Sequence record: DRR723986_4811
DNA: 64,000 nucleotides
Reading direction: 5' to 3' (one strand)
Shown here: in pieces, positions 53,471-63,022 of the stretch
Position numbering within the stretch: position 1 is the first letter of the stretch
How the letters are laid out: the number at the start of each line of letters is the position of its first letter
Made by a program: the position numbers and the translations under genes
The notes under the pieces: model-generated
Seen by the model: the letters and a program-made list of their open reading frames with translations, nothing else
What the model was told of the DNA's origin: nothing
Databases searched by the model: none

Positions 53471-53941
53471 GCAACAATCGATCTCACCCCTTTGTACCGC
53501 AGCACCATTGGTTTTGACCGCATGGCCAGTATTCTGGATGCAGCTATGCGCGCTGACACTTCAGCAGGTTACCCTCCCTACAACATCGAAGCGCTCGAGG
53601 AAAACCGCTATCAAATCAGCTTGGCTGTGGCAGGTTTCGAGGAAAAAGAGCTCGAGCTGGAAGTGGAGCGCGGCGTGCTGACCGTCCGTGGCCGCAAGGG
53701 TGACGAAGAGGGTAAACAGTACCTGCACAAAGGCATTGCGTTCCGCAGTTTTGAACGCAAATTCAACCTGGCCGACTACGTTCAAGTAGAAGGGGCTAAC
53801 CTGAAAAATGGCTTGTTGGTAGTCGAGTTGCGCAAGGTGATTCCGGAGCAAATGAAAGCGCGTAGAATTCCGATTGGTGAAGCGGGTCTTCGAACCATTG
53901 AAGCCAACGAGGCAAGTCAGGACAGCCAAGCCGCCGCATAA
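53468..53941 (+). CDS. Small heat shock protein (IbpA/Hsp20 family)
   Basis: DLTPLYRSTIGFDR, YPPYNIE, YLHKGIA.RSFERKF, NGLL. Confidence 0.95.
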   Translation: MATIDLTPLYRSTIGFDRMASILDAAMRADTSAGYPPYNIEALEENRYQISLAVAGFEEKELELEVERGVLTVRGRKGDEEGKQYLHKGIAFRSFERKFNLADYVQVEGANLKNGLLVVELRKVIPEQMKARRIPIGEAGLRTIEANEASQDSQAAA

Positions 53942-53966
53942 TTCGTGCGAAGTGGTTGCACACATC

Positions 53967-53995
53967 AAAAAAAGCAGCCATTGGCTGCTTTTTTT
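53967..53995 (+). terminator. Intrinsic terminator after hsp20
   Basis: AAAAAAAGCAGCC-ATT-GGCTGCTTTTTTT. Confidence 0.9.
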
Positions 53996-54038
53996 GTGTT
54001 TAAACTAAAAGCCTCTTGGTCCAATTGTTTGAGCATCC

Positions 54039-54740
54039 ATGCCCAGCGCATACCTTCTTTCCGATCGCGCTATCCAGATAGACTGGGCCTCCCCTATTGC
54101 CGCCACCGAGAAAAGTTTGCAGGCAACGGAACTGGCCATGATCAGACACAAATTAATACAGTCCCCTCAAACATTGAATTGGCCGGCCTGGCAGTGTGTA
54201 CAGGCGGATCAATCAATGACCGTGATCTTTGAACACCCCATTATTGCAAACGGACGTTACAAGGCTTTGCTTGACCAACTCACCCACTTTCTGATCGAAG
54301 TCGATAAAACCAAATGGCCTGCGGACAACCCAGGCCGCCATCACCAAATTACCGTGAACTATGGTGGTGTTGCTGGCCAAGATCTCGAGTGGTTGGCTCA
54401 ACAGACCGGGCTCAGTGTAGCCGAGGTAATTGATTTGCATTGCAGCGCCATCTACACCGTTCAGTTTTTGGGTTTTTTGCCTGGCTTTGCTTATCTGACT
54501 GGTTTGCCCAAGCAGCTTCATTTTTCTCGTCGGGAAACCCCGCGTTCGCGAGTGCCAGCGGGTACGCTGGCGATTGCCGCCCATTACTGCGCAGTGTATC
54601 CCTGGGAAAGTCCGGGTGGATGGCATTTGATGGGACATGTGGAGCAGTTGCTTTTTGATCCTGAACGCAATCCTCAGGAAGGACCGTCAATCTTCAACGC
54701 TGGTGATACGGTTCAATTTGTTCGGGCTGATCATGCTTAA
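54039..54740 (+). CDS. pxpB: 5-oxoprolinase subunit B
   Basis: YGG..G.DL, LGFLPGFAYL, YPWESPGGWHLMG. Confidence 0.88.
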   Translation: MPSAYLLSDRAIQIDWASPIAATEKSLQATELAMIRHKLIQSPQTLNWPAWQCVQADQSMTVIFEHPIIANGRYKALLDQLTHFLIEVDKTKWPADNPGRHHQITVNYGGVAGQDLEWLAQQTGLSVAEVIDLHCSAIYTVQFLGFLPGFAYLTGLPKQLHFSRRETPRSRVPAGTLAIAAHYCAVYPWESPGGWHLMGHVEQLLFDPERNPQEGPSIFNAGDTVQFVRADHA

Positions 54741-55707
54741 AGTGGTCAAAGCCCAAGGGCAGGGGATTGTCAGCGACCTGGGCCGCTGGGGTCATCAGCA
54801 TGAAGGCGTGCCGATCGGGGGCGTGCTGGATTCTTTTTCGTTTCGCCTAGGCAACCTTGCTTTGGGAAATGCAGCCAATTCGGCTTGTCTTGAGCTGATG
54901 GGGCAATTCGATTTTGTGTGCACCAGGCCGTGCCGGGTATTACTTGCCAACCGAGGTGCACAGGCCTTGTTGAACAACAAGCAGGTGTGGTGTGGTGAAG
55001 TTTTAGTATTGCAGGAAGGTGACGTGTTGCGCACAAAGCCGCCTTGCCTTGGCATGTGGAACATACTGTGTGTGCAAGGTGGTGTCGATGTGAGCGAAGT
55101 GATGGGTTCTCGCAGCACCTGTCTTGCCGCCGGTTTTGGAGGTTTGCAAGGTCGGGCGTTGCAAGTTGGGGATGAACTTCATTTTGTGCGGCAATTGACC
55201 GCCAGCCTGCGACCGGGCGTGCGCCTTGCCATGCCCTTGGCTCGCTGCGAGCCTTCGGCCCACTTGAGGCTTCATTTTTTGCCTGGTCCAGAGTTTGTTG
55301 AACTCAGTGAGGATTCCCAGCATCTGTTTGCCCGCCAATGCTTCAAGCTGAGCACTCAAAGTAGCAAAATGGGGTATCGGCTGGAGGCTTCTGAATCCCC
55401 TTTGTACCTGAAACAAAAGATGTCTTTGCGTTCACATGCGGTGCACCCGGGAATGGTGCAATTACCACCCGACGGTGGGTTGGTGGTGTTGCTCAGTGAT
55501 GCTCAGGTCACCGGCGGTTACCAGCGTCTAGGCTGTGTGTTGTCTTGCGATCTTTGGAAGTTGTCTCAATTGGCGCCTGGGGAAAGCCTGCGCTGGGTTG
55601 TGGTTGACGAACAGAAGGCCCAGCGCCTGCTTACAAAGCATGAGCTTGATGACAGGCGTTACCAATATGCCATTGAAAGCAACAAGGTGATCACCGATGT
55701 GGATTAA
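54733..55707 (+). CDS. pxpC: 5-oxoprolinase subunit C
   Basis: DLGRWG..GV, GSRST, MGYRL, PGMVQLPPDG, TGGY; ATG at 54733. Confidence 0.88.
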   Translation: MLKVVKAQGQGIVSDLGRWGHQHEGVPIGGVLDSFSFRLGNLALGNAANSACLELMGQFDFVCTRPCRVLLANRGAQALLNNKQVWCGEVLVLQEGDVLRTKPPCLGMWNILCVQGGVDVSEVMGSRSTCLAAGFGGLQGRALQVGDELHFVRQLTASLRPGVRLAMPLARCEPSAHLRLHFLPGPEFVELSEDSQHLFARQCFKLSTQSSKMGYRLEASESPLYLKQKMSLRSHAVHPGMVQLPPDGGLVVLLSDAQVTGGYQRLGCVLSCDLWKLSQLAPGESLRWVVVDEQKAQRLLTKHELDDRRYQYAIESNKVITDVD

Positions 55708-56431
55708 TGCAGATTTGGGTGAAGGCTGTGCGCATGATGAGGCCCTGTTCAAGATTGTTGATTGGGCCAATATTGCCTGTGGCGGGCATGCTGGTGATGA
55801 ACACAGCATTCGTTTGGCCTGCAGGCTTGCGCTGGAACATGGTGTACAGGTGGGCGCCCACCCCAGTTATCCGGACCGTGCTGGGTTTGGGCGTCAAAAG
55901 CCTGAGGGATCAGATGAACAGTTGCTGGGTGAATTGAAGCGGCAAATGAATTTGTTCGAAAATATCGCTGCAGCACTAGGATGTGCGTCAGGACATTTCA
56001 AACCGCATGGGCAGTTGTACAACGACGCTGCCTTTCAAGCGGCCGAGGCCGAGATCATCATCAATTTGGCCCATTCTTTTCCGCACCTGAAGCTGCTGGC
56101 GTTGGCCAATTGCCCGTTGGTGGCTCGGGCACGTGCAGCCGGCATCGAGGTGATCGAAGAGGCATTCCCGGATAGGGCCTACTTAGGCAACGGCGCACTG
56201 GCTCCTCGAGACCAGCCTGGGGCAGTGCTTCGCGACCCTGTTCAGGTCAAAGCTCAAGCGGAGTTGATTTTACGTGGTCAGGCGCTTCAATGCCTGGATG
56301 GCTCAAACCGAGTGATTACCGCTCAAACATTGTGCGTCCATGGGGATAATCCGGAAGCTTTGATGAATGCAAGGGCGGTTCGCGCCGCACTTACCGAGCA
56401 TGATCAGGAAAAATACAACGGTGCCAGCTAG
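55697..56431 (+). CDS. pxpA: 5-oxoprolinase subunit A (LamB/YcsF)
   Basis: NADLGEG, NIACGGHAG, GAHPSYPD, KPHGQLYN, CVHGD. Confidence 0.92.
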   Translation: MWINADLGEGCAHDEALFKIVDWANIACGGHAGDEHSIRLACRLALEHGVQVGAHPSYPDRAGFGRQKPEGSDEQLLGELKRQMNLFENIAAALGCASGHFKPHGQLYNDAAFQAAEAEIIINLAHSFPHLKLLALANCPLVARARAAGIEVIEEAFPDRAYLGNGALAPRDQPGAVLRDPVQVKAQAELILRGQALQCLDGSNRVITAQTLCVHGDNPEALMNARAVRAALTEHDQEKYNGAS

Positions 56432-56875
56432 TTAATTGGCAGGTTTTATTTCTGGCGTGGGCAGGGTAATGTGATCCGGTACGCCAGCCACAGGTACAAA
56501 CCGCACATTCAAAGGCGGCATTCCGTGCTTGGCGCGCGCTTGGTTGCAACGGGGGTTCAATTCACCTTGGGCGTCAAATACATCGTATTCACGGCAGGGT
56601 GAGGGCCGGTTCTCATAGATGGTGCAGGTCACTGACTCGCCGATATTGCCTGACAGCGCTATGCAACGCGGTTTGCTTTGTGAGCTGCCTTTCATGCAAC
56701 TGCGGTAAAGGTTCATTTGCTCCGTCATTTCAACCGGTACCACGCCGCCCTCGGCGGCTGTGGTTTCCCCCCAGTAAAAGCTTATTCGGAACGTGGAGCA
56801 ACACACGCCGCAGCTCTGGCACAGGGCTTCAACGCCAGCGCCATCAACAATAATTGTGGTGGGGTTTGACTGCAA
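56432..56875 (-). CDS. YkgJ family CxxCxxCC cysteine-cluster protein
   Basis: CQSCGVCC, CTIYENRPSPCR; TTG start at 56875 after GAGG. Confidence 0.88.
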   Translation of the reverse strand: MQSNPTTIIVDGAGVEALCQSCGVCCSTFRISFYWGETTAAEGGVVPVEMTEQMNLYRSCMKGSSQSKPRCIALSGNIGESVTCTIYENRPSPCREYDVFDAQGELNPRCNQARAKHGMPPLNVRFVPVAGVPDHITLPTPEIKPAN

Positions 56876-57056
56876 TTTAACCTCGGAAAAAAACAGCCAT
56901 GGGGAGAGTTGCGCGAATATATTCCTGCCACAAGCGCAAAGCAAGCACTATTTGCAGGTCACGTGGTTTGGAAGAAACAAGCTTTTTGTAAGGTGCTAAG
57001 GCTACAATAGGGAAAACCATTATAAGAGCCATTGACCCCAAGGAAATGGAGAGACT

Positions 57057-59018
57057 GTGAATCGACCGAATGCCGCTTCTGTGGCCGATTCGGGGAATAC
57101 TGCCCCCGATTCTGCACAAACCAGTACCAGCCCATCAGGGCAAATGCTGGATTACATTAAACAAAGACTGGTCAAGCACGCACCGTTCAGTGAAATCCCG
57201 CTTCGCGACCTGGATTGCCTGCTGGATGGTTGCGCGGAGACCTATTTTGCACCCAACGAGGTGATCGTACGGCCCGAGGACGGCCCACCCCAGTTTCTTT
57301 ACTACGTTGAAAAAGGCTCTGCTGTAGGCCGTAAGGGGTTGGCTGACCTGTCCTCGACCGGGTTTCAATACGAGGCGGGCGAAATGTTTCCGGTCAACGC
57401 ATTTCTTGCCAAACGCGCAGTGACAGCCACCTACAGCGCTCGGGAAGACACCTTCTGCCTCATGTTTACCTTTGACGGCGTCCAAGCCCTTGCACGTAAA
57501 AGCCCGGTCTTTTCCGATTATTTAACACGGCGCACCATGCAGTTTCTGGATTTGTCCAGAAAGGCGATTCAGGTTGCTTACTCCTCTCAAACTCTGGCCG
57601 AGCAAACGCTTGAGAAACCCCTGCGTGATGTATGCCGTCATGAGCCTTTTTCCTGCGCGCCAAATACCCCTTTGAAGCAGGTGTTGGAAGTGATGCATGA
57701 GCACCGGATTGGTTCCATGATCGTCGTGAATGAGGCCATGGCGGTGGAGGGAATTTTGACCCGCCAGGATGTGTTGTCGCGCGTGGCTATGGCCCAAAAG
57801 CCCCTGAGTTCGCTGATTTCAGAGGTTATGAACACTCCGGTTCATACCTTGGACGAAAGTTGCACTGCGCAGGATGCCGCCCTGCTGATGTCCAGATTTG
57901 GCATTCGCCACGTGCCGGTAACCCGCAACGGAAAATTAAGTGGCATTGTTTCCGAGCGAGATATTTTCGCCATGCAGCGTTTGTCGCTGAAACAGATCAG
58001 TAGCAATATTCGTTCAGCGCAAGATGCCGATATGTTGCGCGCCTGCGCCAACGACATTCGAAGTTTTGCAAAAAACCTGTTGGGGCAGGGGATTGCAGCC
58101 AAGCAGCTCACAGAGTTGATCAGCCACTTGAACGATGTTCTCACCGAGCGGATTTTGGAGGTGGTCGGTAACCGAATGGGCATTGACGCCAGCAGTTATT
58201 GCTGGCTAAGTTTCGGCTCGGAAGGCCGTTCGGAGCAAACAATTGCCACAGACCAGGACAACGGCTTGCTGTTTATTAGTGATCAGCCGGAGGCGGACAG
58301 ACCACGCTGGCTGGCGTTTGGCAAAGAAGTAAACCAAACTCTGGACCAGTGCGGCTACCCTTTGTGCAAAGGCAACATCATGGCCAGCAACCCTGAATGT
58401 TGTATGACTGCTGGCGAGTGGTTGAACAAATTTGCGCGATGGATCGATGTAGCCACGCCTGAAAACCTGCTCCGTGTGAACATATTTTTCGATCTTCGCC
58501 CCCTGGCGGGCAACAAAGAGCTGGCACAGCCCCTTCGGGATTACATTGTGACCCGCGCCAAAGAATCCACCATCTTCTTGCGCCTGCTGGCTGAAAACAT
58601 CATGCGTTTTCGCCCACCCTTGAACTGGCACGGCAGCATAGACACCACCGAGATCGAGGATATTCGCACGCTTGATTTGAAAAAGCAGGGTACGGCGGTA
58701 TTTGTCGATGCTGCGCGCTTTTTTTCTTTGGTGTTTGGCATCGATGAAGTCAATACACGGCGTCGGTTTGAGTCAGTGGCCAAGCGATTGAGCGTTGAAG
58801 AACAACGCCGAGATGCCTGGGTGAGTGCGTTTGAATTTCTGCAAATGATGCGGCTGCGAATTCAGCTTGACGAGGGTGTCGCCGTTCCCAATTTGCCGGA
58901 TCAGCCCAATGTGGTGAACTACGATGTGCTCGACAACATCGACCGTCGTATATTGAAAGAGTGTTTCAGGGTAGGGCGCCGTTTGCAGCAGCGAATCGAG
59001 ATGGAGCATATGCGTTGA
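57057..59018 (+). CDS. cNMP-binding + CBS pair + DUF294 nucleotidyltransferase-like protein
   Basis: cNMP-like N-terminus, two CBS domains, GSEGRSEQTIATDQDNG, LDLKKQG substrate-binding domain. Confidence 0.9.
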   Translation: MNRPNAASVADSGNTAPDSAQTSTSPSGQMLDYIKQRLVKHAPFSEIPLRDLDCLLDGCAETYFAPNEVIVRPEDGPPQFLYYVEKGSAVGRKGLADLSSTGFQYEAGEMFPVNAFLAKRAVTATYSAREDTFCLMFTFDGVQALARKSPVFSDYLTRRTMQFLDLSRKAIQVAYSSQTLAEQTLEKPLRDVCRHEPFSCAPNTPLKQVLEVMHEHRIGSMIVVNEAMAVEGILTRQDVLSRVAMAQKPLSSLISEVMNTPVHTLDESCTAQDAALLMSRFGIRHVPVTRNGKLSGIVSERDIFAMQRLSLKQISSNIRSAQDADMLRACANDIRSFAKNLLGQGIAAKQLTELISHLNDVLTERILEVVGNRMGIDASSYCWLSFGSEGRSEQTIATDQDNGLLFISDQPEADRPRWLAFGKEVNQTLDQCGYPLCKGNIMASNPECCMTAGEWLNKFARWIDVATPENLLRVNIFFDLRPLAGNKELAQPLRDYIVTRAKESTIFLRLLAENIMRFRPPLNWHGSIDTTEIEDIRTLDLKKQGTAVFVDAARFFSLVFGIDEVNTRRRFESVAKRLSVEEQRRDAWVSAFEFLQMMRLRIQLDEGVAVPNLPDQPNVVNYDVLDNIDRRILKECFRVGRRLQQRIEMEHMR

Positions 59019-59749
59019 GCACCACGTCGCAGGGACAATTGCTGCCCACGCGAGGATGGGCGAGTTATATCAAGAACCGCCTGGTTCAAACACTCGATTT
59101 TTCAAACCCCAACCCAGATCGCTGGGTGGTGTTGGATGTGGAATCGTCCGGTCTGAATCCGAAGAAAGACAGGTTGATTTCCATTGCAGCCACTGCCATT
59201 GCGTTTGATGCTCAGCGCCGCCCACGCATATCGCTTACAGACACTTTTGAGGTGGTTATCAAACAGCCCCCTGATATTGTCGACATGATTGAATTTGAAG
59301 CCATCGACAAAAACAATATTCTGATACATGGCATTGGCATTGGCGCACAGCAAAAAGGGGTGAAGGCGGAAGTGGCTTTGTCGGAATTCCTGCGTTATGT
59401 GGGCAATTCACCATTGATCGCCTTCCACAGTTGGTTTGACGAAATCCTGATCAATAAGGCCATGCGCAAGGTTTTGGGGCGTTCAACGCACCGGCATTGG
59501 CTCGATCTGGAGCATTTGGCCGCAGTATTGCACAAGGAAAACCACCAACTTCCTCTTGATGTGTGGATGCAGCGATACGGCATTGAATGTGAACAACGGC
59601 ATCAGGCGGCAGCCGATGTGTTAGCCACTGCACAGCTGTTGATGAAGCTTTGGCCTATGCTGCAAAAGCGAAAAGCCACCGATTGGAAAGACTTGAAAAC
59701 CATTGCCAACGGACTTAAAACACTTCCTGGGCGAAACTTGCCGACCTAG
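59015..59749 (+). CDS. DEDDh 3'-5' exonuclease (PolIII epsilon-like)
   Basis: LDVESSG, FHSWFD, RHQAAAD; TTGA start/stop overlap with the DUF294 gene. Confidence 0.88.
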   Translation: MSTTSQGQLLPTRGWASYIKNRLVQTLDFSNPNPDRWVVLDVESSGLNPKKDRLISIAATAIAFDAQRRPRISLTDTFEVVIKQPPDIVDMIEFEAIDKNNILIHGIGIGAQQKGVKAEVALSEFLRYVGNSPLIAFHSWFDEILINKAMRKVLGRSTHRHWLDLEHLAAVLHKENHQLPLDVWMQRYGIECEQRHQAAADVLATAQLLMKLWPMLQKRKATDWKDLKTIANGLKTLPGRNLPT

Positions 59750-59818
59750 GTTTGCAATTGAAGCCTTGTTTTGCGTTATTCTGCCGGGCTGAACATTTGT
59801 TTTGAAGTTGGCTTTTTC

Positions 59819-60853
59819 ATGCATGACTTTTCCTCTTACGACCTGATTATTGATGCACGCTCGCCCCGGGAGTTTGAGGAGGATCACATTCCGGGCGCGA
59901 TCAACATGCCGGTGGTCAACAATGACGAATACGCCGAGGTTGGCACCCTTCACCGCACCGATAAAATGGCAGCCTACAGCATCGGTGTGCGTTATTCGTT
60001 GGCCAATATTGCGCGGCACCTTAGCGATGATTTGCCCAAATACCCCAAAGATGCAAAGGTACTGGTGTACTGTTTCCGGGGTGGAAAACGCAGCAAACTG
60101 TGGTTTGATGCGCTTGAAACGATTGGCTACGATGTTCGCAAATTAAACGGTGGCTGGAAAGCTTACCGGCGCTGGGTGAATGAACAGCTCGAAATTGTGC
60201 CCAAGAAGTTTGATTATCATGTGCTGAGCGGCCCAACCGGCTGCGGCAAAACCCGGCTGCTGTATGCCTTGCGGGAAGCAGGTTGCCAAGTGGTGGATCT
60301 GGAGGCAATCGCCCGTCACAGAGGTTCAATCATTGGGGCAGTGCCTGGTACTCCTCAACCCTCGCAAAAGTATTTCGACACTTTGCTGTTGGAAGAACTC
60401 GCGAAATGTGATCCCACACGCCCAGTTTGGGTTGAAGCCGAAAGCAAAAAGATCGGCAATGTGCAGATCCCTGCATCCATGCTTGACGCCATGCGCAAAG
60501 GAAAAACCATTCGCGTGCATGCCGACATGCAGCAACGTGTCGAGCTATGGAGACAGGATTACAAGCACTTTGAAGAAGATCCGGAAGGCCTGCTCGAGCG
60601 TCTGCATTTTATTCGCAGCCTGGTGGGCGGTAAGGAATTTGAAGAATGGGAGCAACTGGCTGCCGAGCGTAAAATGCCCGAACTGTTTGAGCGGCTGATG
60701 CGTAATCATTACGACCCGGCCTATCGCCGCTCAATTTTGCGTGAGTACCCCAATATTGACGAATCGCCTTTGATTGAACTGCATGATTTGTCGCCAGCAG
60801 GCTTGCTGGAAGTGGCGAAAAAAATTGGCGTTCAATACGACAGGAAGACTTGA
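59819..60853 (+). CDS. selU: tRNA 2-selenouridine synthase
   Basis: Rhodanese DARSP.EF..DHIPGA, YCFRGGKRS; P-loop GPTGCGKT; HRGS, EAESKKIG, HYDPAY. Confidence 0.93.
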   Translation: MHDFSSYDLIIDARSPREFEEDHIPGAINMPVVNNDEYAEVGTLHRTDKMAAYSIGVRYSLANIARHLSDDLPKYPKDAKVLVYCFRGGKRSKLWFDALETIGYDVRKLNGGWKAYRRWVNEQLEIVPKKFDYHVLSGPTGCGKTRLLYALREAGCQVVDLEAIARHRGSIIGAVPGTPQPSQKYFDTLLLEELAKCDPTRPVWVEAESKKIGNVQIPASMLDAMRKGKTIRVHADMQQRVELWRQDYKHFEEDPEGLLERLHFIRSLVGGKEFEEWEQLAAERKMPELFERLMRNHYDPAYRRSILREYPNIDESPLIELHDLSPAGLLEVAKKIGVQYDRKT

Positions 60854-60875
60854 CCTGACCAGTAGTACTCAATCG

Positions 60876-61292
60876 TCAAGCGAGCAACACAGCCAATTTG
60901 CTGCGAATGCTCTCAGGTATTGGGGTGGGGGTGTTGTTCGTCTTGTTCACAAACACGTGCACAAAGTAACCCTCAGCGCACAATTCGCCCTTGGCGTTGA
61001 ACAAACCCAATTCATAGCGCACTGAGCTGTTGCCCAGTTTACCCACCCGCAGGCCGGCCGTAACCGGCTCAGGGTAGGCCAGTGGTTTCAGGTACTTGCA
61101 CTGGCTTTCCACCACAAAACCCACCACTTCGCCGTTGTGAATGTCCAGTCCGCCTTCTTCAATCAGATAACGGTTCACCACACTGTCGAAGTAGCTGTAA
61201 TACACCACATTGTTCACGTGGCCGTAAATGTCGTTGTCGTGCCAACGGGTTTGAACAAGCTGATGCAGTGGGTATTGGGCCAAAGTGGTCAT
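60876..61292 (-). CDS. Acyl-CoA thioesterase (4HBT hotdog fold)
   Basis: RWHDNDIYGHVNNVVYY, GNSSVRY. Confidence 0.92.
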   Translation of the reverse strand: MTTLAQYPLHQLVQTRWHDNDIYGHVNNVVYYSYFDSVVNRYLIEEGGLDIHNGEVVGFVVESQCKYLKPLAYPEPVTAGLRVGKLGNSSVRYELGLFNAKGELCAEGYFVHVFVNKTNNTPTPIPESIRSKLAVLLA

Positions 61293-61311
61293 GGTTATCA
61301 ATCGAATATTC

Positions 61312-62484
61312 TTAGTAGGCCGCCTGATAAATAGCCAAGGCTTGGGCCTCGTTCACATCACGTGGGTTGTTGCTCAACAGGCGGGTCTGCAGCATGGCTG
61401 CGCTGGCCATCAGGGGTAAATCTTTCTCGCCAATACCCACTTCGCGCAAGCCAACCGGCAAACCTGTAGAAGGCGACAATGTGGCGGTGTAATCAATAAA
61501 GGCCTGGGCCAGTTGCTCGGTGTTGTCGCCGTGGTGACCCAGCTTCAATACCTGGGCCAGCTCTGCGTACTGCTGCTCGGCTGCGGGCAAGTTAAAGCGC
61601 AACACATGCGGCAACACCAATGAATTGCTCAAACCATGCGGCAGATGAAAAATGCCGCCAATTGGATAAGCCAATGCATGTACCGCACCCACTGGCGCAT
61701 TGGCAAAAGCCTGGCCAGCCATGCAAGAGCCCAACATCATCGCCTGGCGCGCCTCGCGGTTGCCTGGTTCTTTGCACACGGTATGCAAGTTGGCAGCCAA
61801 CAGCCTTAGCGCCTCGCAGGCGAGAAAATCAGCGTAGGGGTTTTTCAGGCGTTTGCTGGTGTAAGCCTCTATCGCATGCACCATGGCATCAATGCCGGTG
61901 GCCGCGGTGACGTGCTGGGGCAGACTAAGTGTCCAGTCGGCGTCCAGAATGGCCAGGTCGCCATACAACACAGGCGACACCACGCCCATTTTGGTGTCCA
62001 CACCCGTGGTGACAATTGAAATCGGAGTCACCTCACTGCCTGTGCCAGCCGTGGTGGGCACCAGCACCAAAGGCAACCTGTCGCTGGTCACATTGCCTAC
62101 ACCATACATGGTGTTCAGTTCTTGTTTTCCGCGCGCCAACACGGCAATCAGCTTGGCCACATCAAGCGTGGAGCCGCCACCGATGGCCACCACTACATCG
62201 GCCTTGAATTCCATGGCGAGCAAAGTGACTCTGTGCACCAAAGCCTCGGGAGGGTCGGGTTCTACATCGTTGCAACTGTGAACTGCATGGCCTGCTGTGG
62301 CTAGGTTTTCAACAATGGTTTTGAAGGCTGCGGTGCCCGCGATGAAGGGGTCAACCAGCATGAATACCCTTGCGCTTTTTAGGCCATGCTGAGCCAGCAA
62401 GGGAGCCAACATGTCAGCCATTCGAAGCGAGCTTCCGGATTCGCACACAATGCGGTTCACAGTTCTGAATTCAAATGGTGCCAT
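61312..62484 (-). CDS. Iron-containing alcohol dehydrogenase
   Basis: GGGSTLD, PTTAGTGSE, DAMVHAIE, HALAY, PHG; ATG at 62484 after AAGGAG. Confidence 0.93.
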   Translation of the reverse strand: MAPFEFRTVNRIVCESGSSLRMADMLAPLLAQHGLKSARVFMLVDPFIAGTAAFKTIVENLATAGHAVHSCNDVEPDPPEALVHRVTLLAMEFKADVVVAIGGGSTLDVAKLIAVLARGKQELNTMYGVGNVTSDRLPLVLVPTTAGTGSEVTPISIVTTGVDTKMGVVSPVLYGDLAILDADWTLSLPQHVTAATGIDAMVHAIEAYTSKRLKNPYADFLACEALRLLAANLHTVCKEPGNREARQAMMLGSCMAGQAFANAPVGAVHALAYPIGGIFHLPHGLSNSLVLPHVLRFNLPAAEQQYAELAQVLKLGHHGDNTEQLAQAFIDYTATLSPSTGLPVGLREVGIGEKDLPLMASAAMLQTRLLSNNPRDVNEAQALAIYQAAY

Positions 62485-62513
62485 GCGGGTGTCTCCTTGC
62501 TGTTCTGTATATT

Positions 62514-63008
62514 TTAGCCTTTGCGCTTCGGGGTCCATGCCCAAATGGCGCGAACGAAGATGGGTTCTTTGCTTTCGCCATCGGTAATCGTCACCGCTAC
62601 ATCAACTTCACCGCGTTCCTCGGTTTGCATCATCGCGATTTGCTCTTGTGTCAGCATGGCTTCGGCTTTCATATCGCCCACTGCACGTTTGCGGTAATCC
62701 ACTTCCATGCGCTTGATCACGGGTATTGCGTTGGCCGGCACATTCAAACCCACCAGTGCCCCCGTGGCTGATTCGGCAATCATGATCATGGCTACCGCGT
62801 GCACAGTACCAATGTGGTTTTGTACATAAGGGCGGTTTTTGATCACCACGATGGAGTGGTTAGGTTCAATCCATTCAAATTTCAGACCACTGGTTTTGAA
62901 GTATTTCACTGCGCGGCCAAACAGCAGGGTAAATGCACGGGTTTTCAAAGGCGTGGGCAGCTTGTCCACTTGCGCATACACCTTTTGCAGCATCGATTTT
63001 TGACTCAT
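62514..63008 (-). CDS. DUF4442/PaaI-like hotdog-fold protein
   Basis: VQNHIGTVHA, AESATG, YRKRAVG. Confidence 0.82.
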   Translation of the reverse strand: MSQKSMLQKVYAQVDKLPTPLKTRAFTLLFGRAVKYFKTSGLKFEWIEPNHSIVVIKNRPYVQNHIGTVHAVAMIMIAESATGALVGLNVPANAIPVIKRMEVDYRKRAVGDMKAEAMLTQEQIAMMQTEERGEVDVAVTITDGESKEPIFVRAIWAWTPKRKG

Positions 63009-63022
63009 TTTTTCTTTTACCT

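Noticed and set aside
38760-56431. A single nitrogen-metabolism supercluster (hmp/norR, cph, amidase, pxpBCA)
   Set aside because: Orientations are mixed, unrelated genes intervene and I saw no shared regulatory motif; the norR/cphA stop-codon overlap is explained by genome compactness
56987-57006. TGTAAG-N8-GCTACA upstream of the DUF294 gene as another GacA-like box
   Set aside because: The spacer is 8 rather than 6, the right half overlaps a probable -10 (TACAAT), and there is no second box
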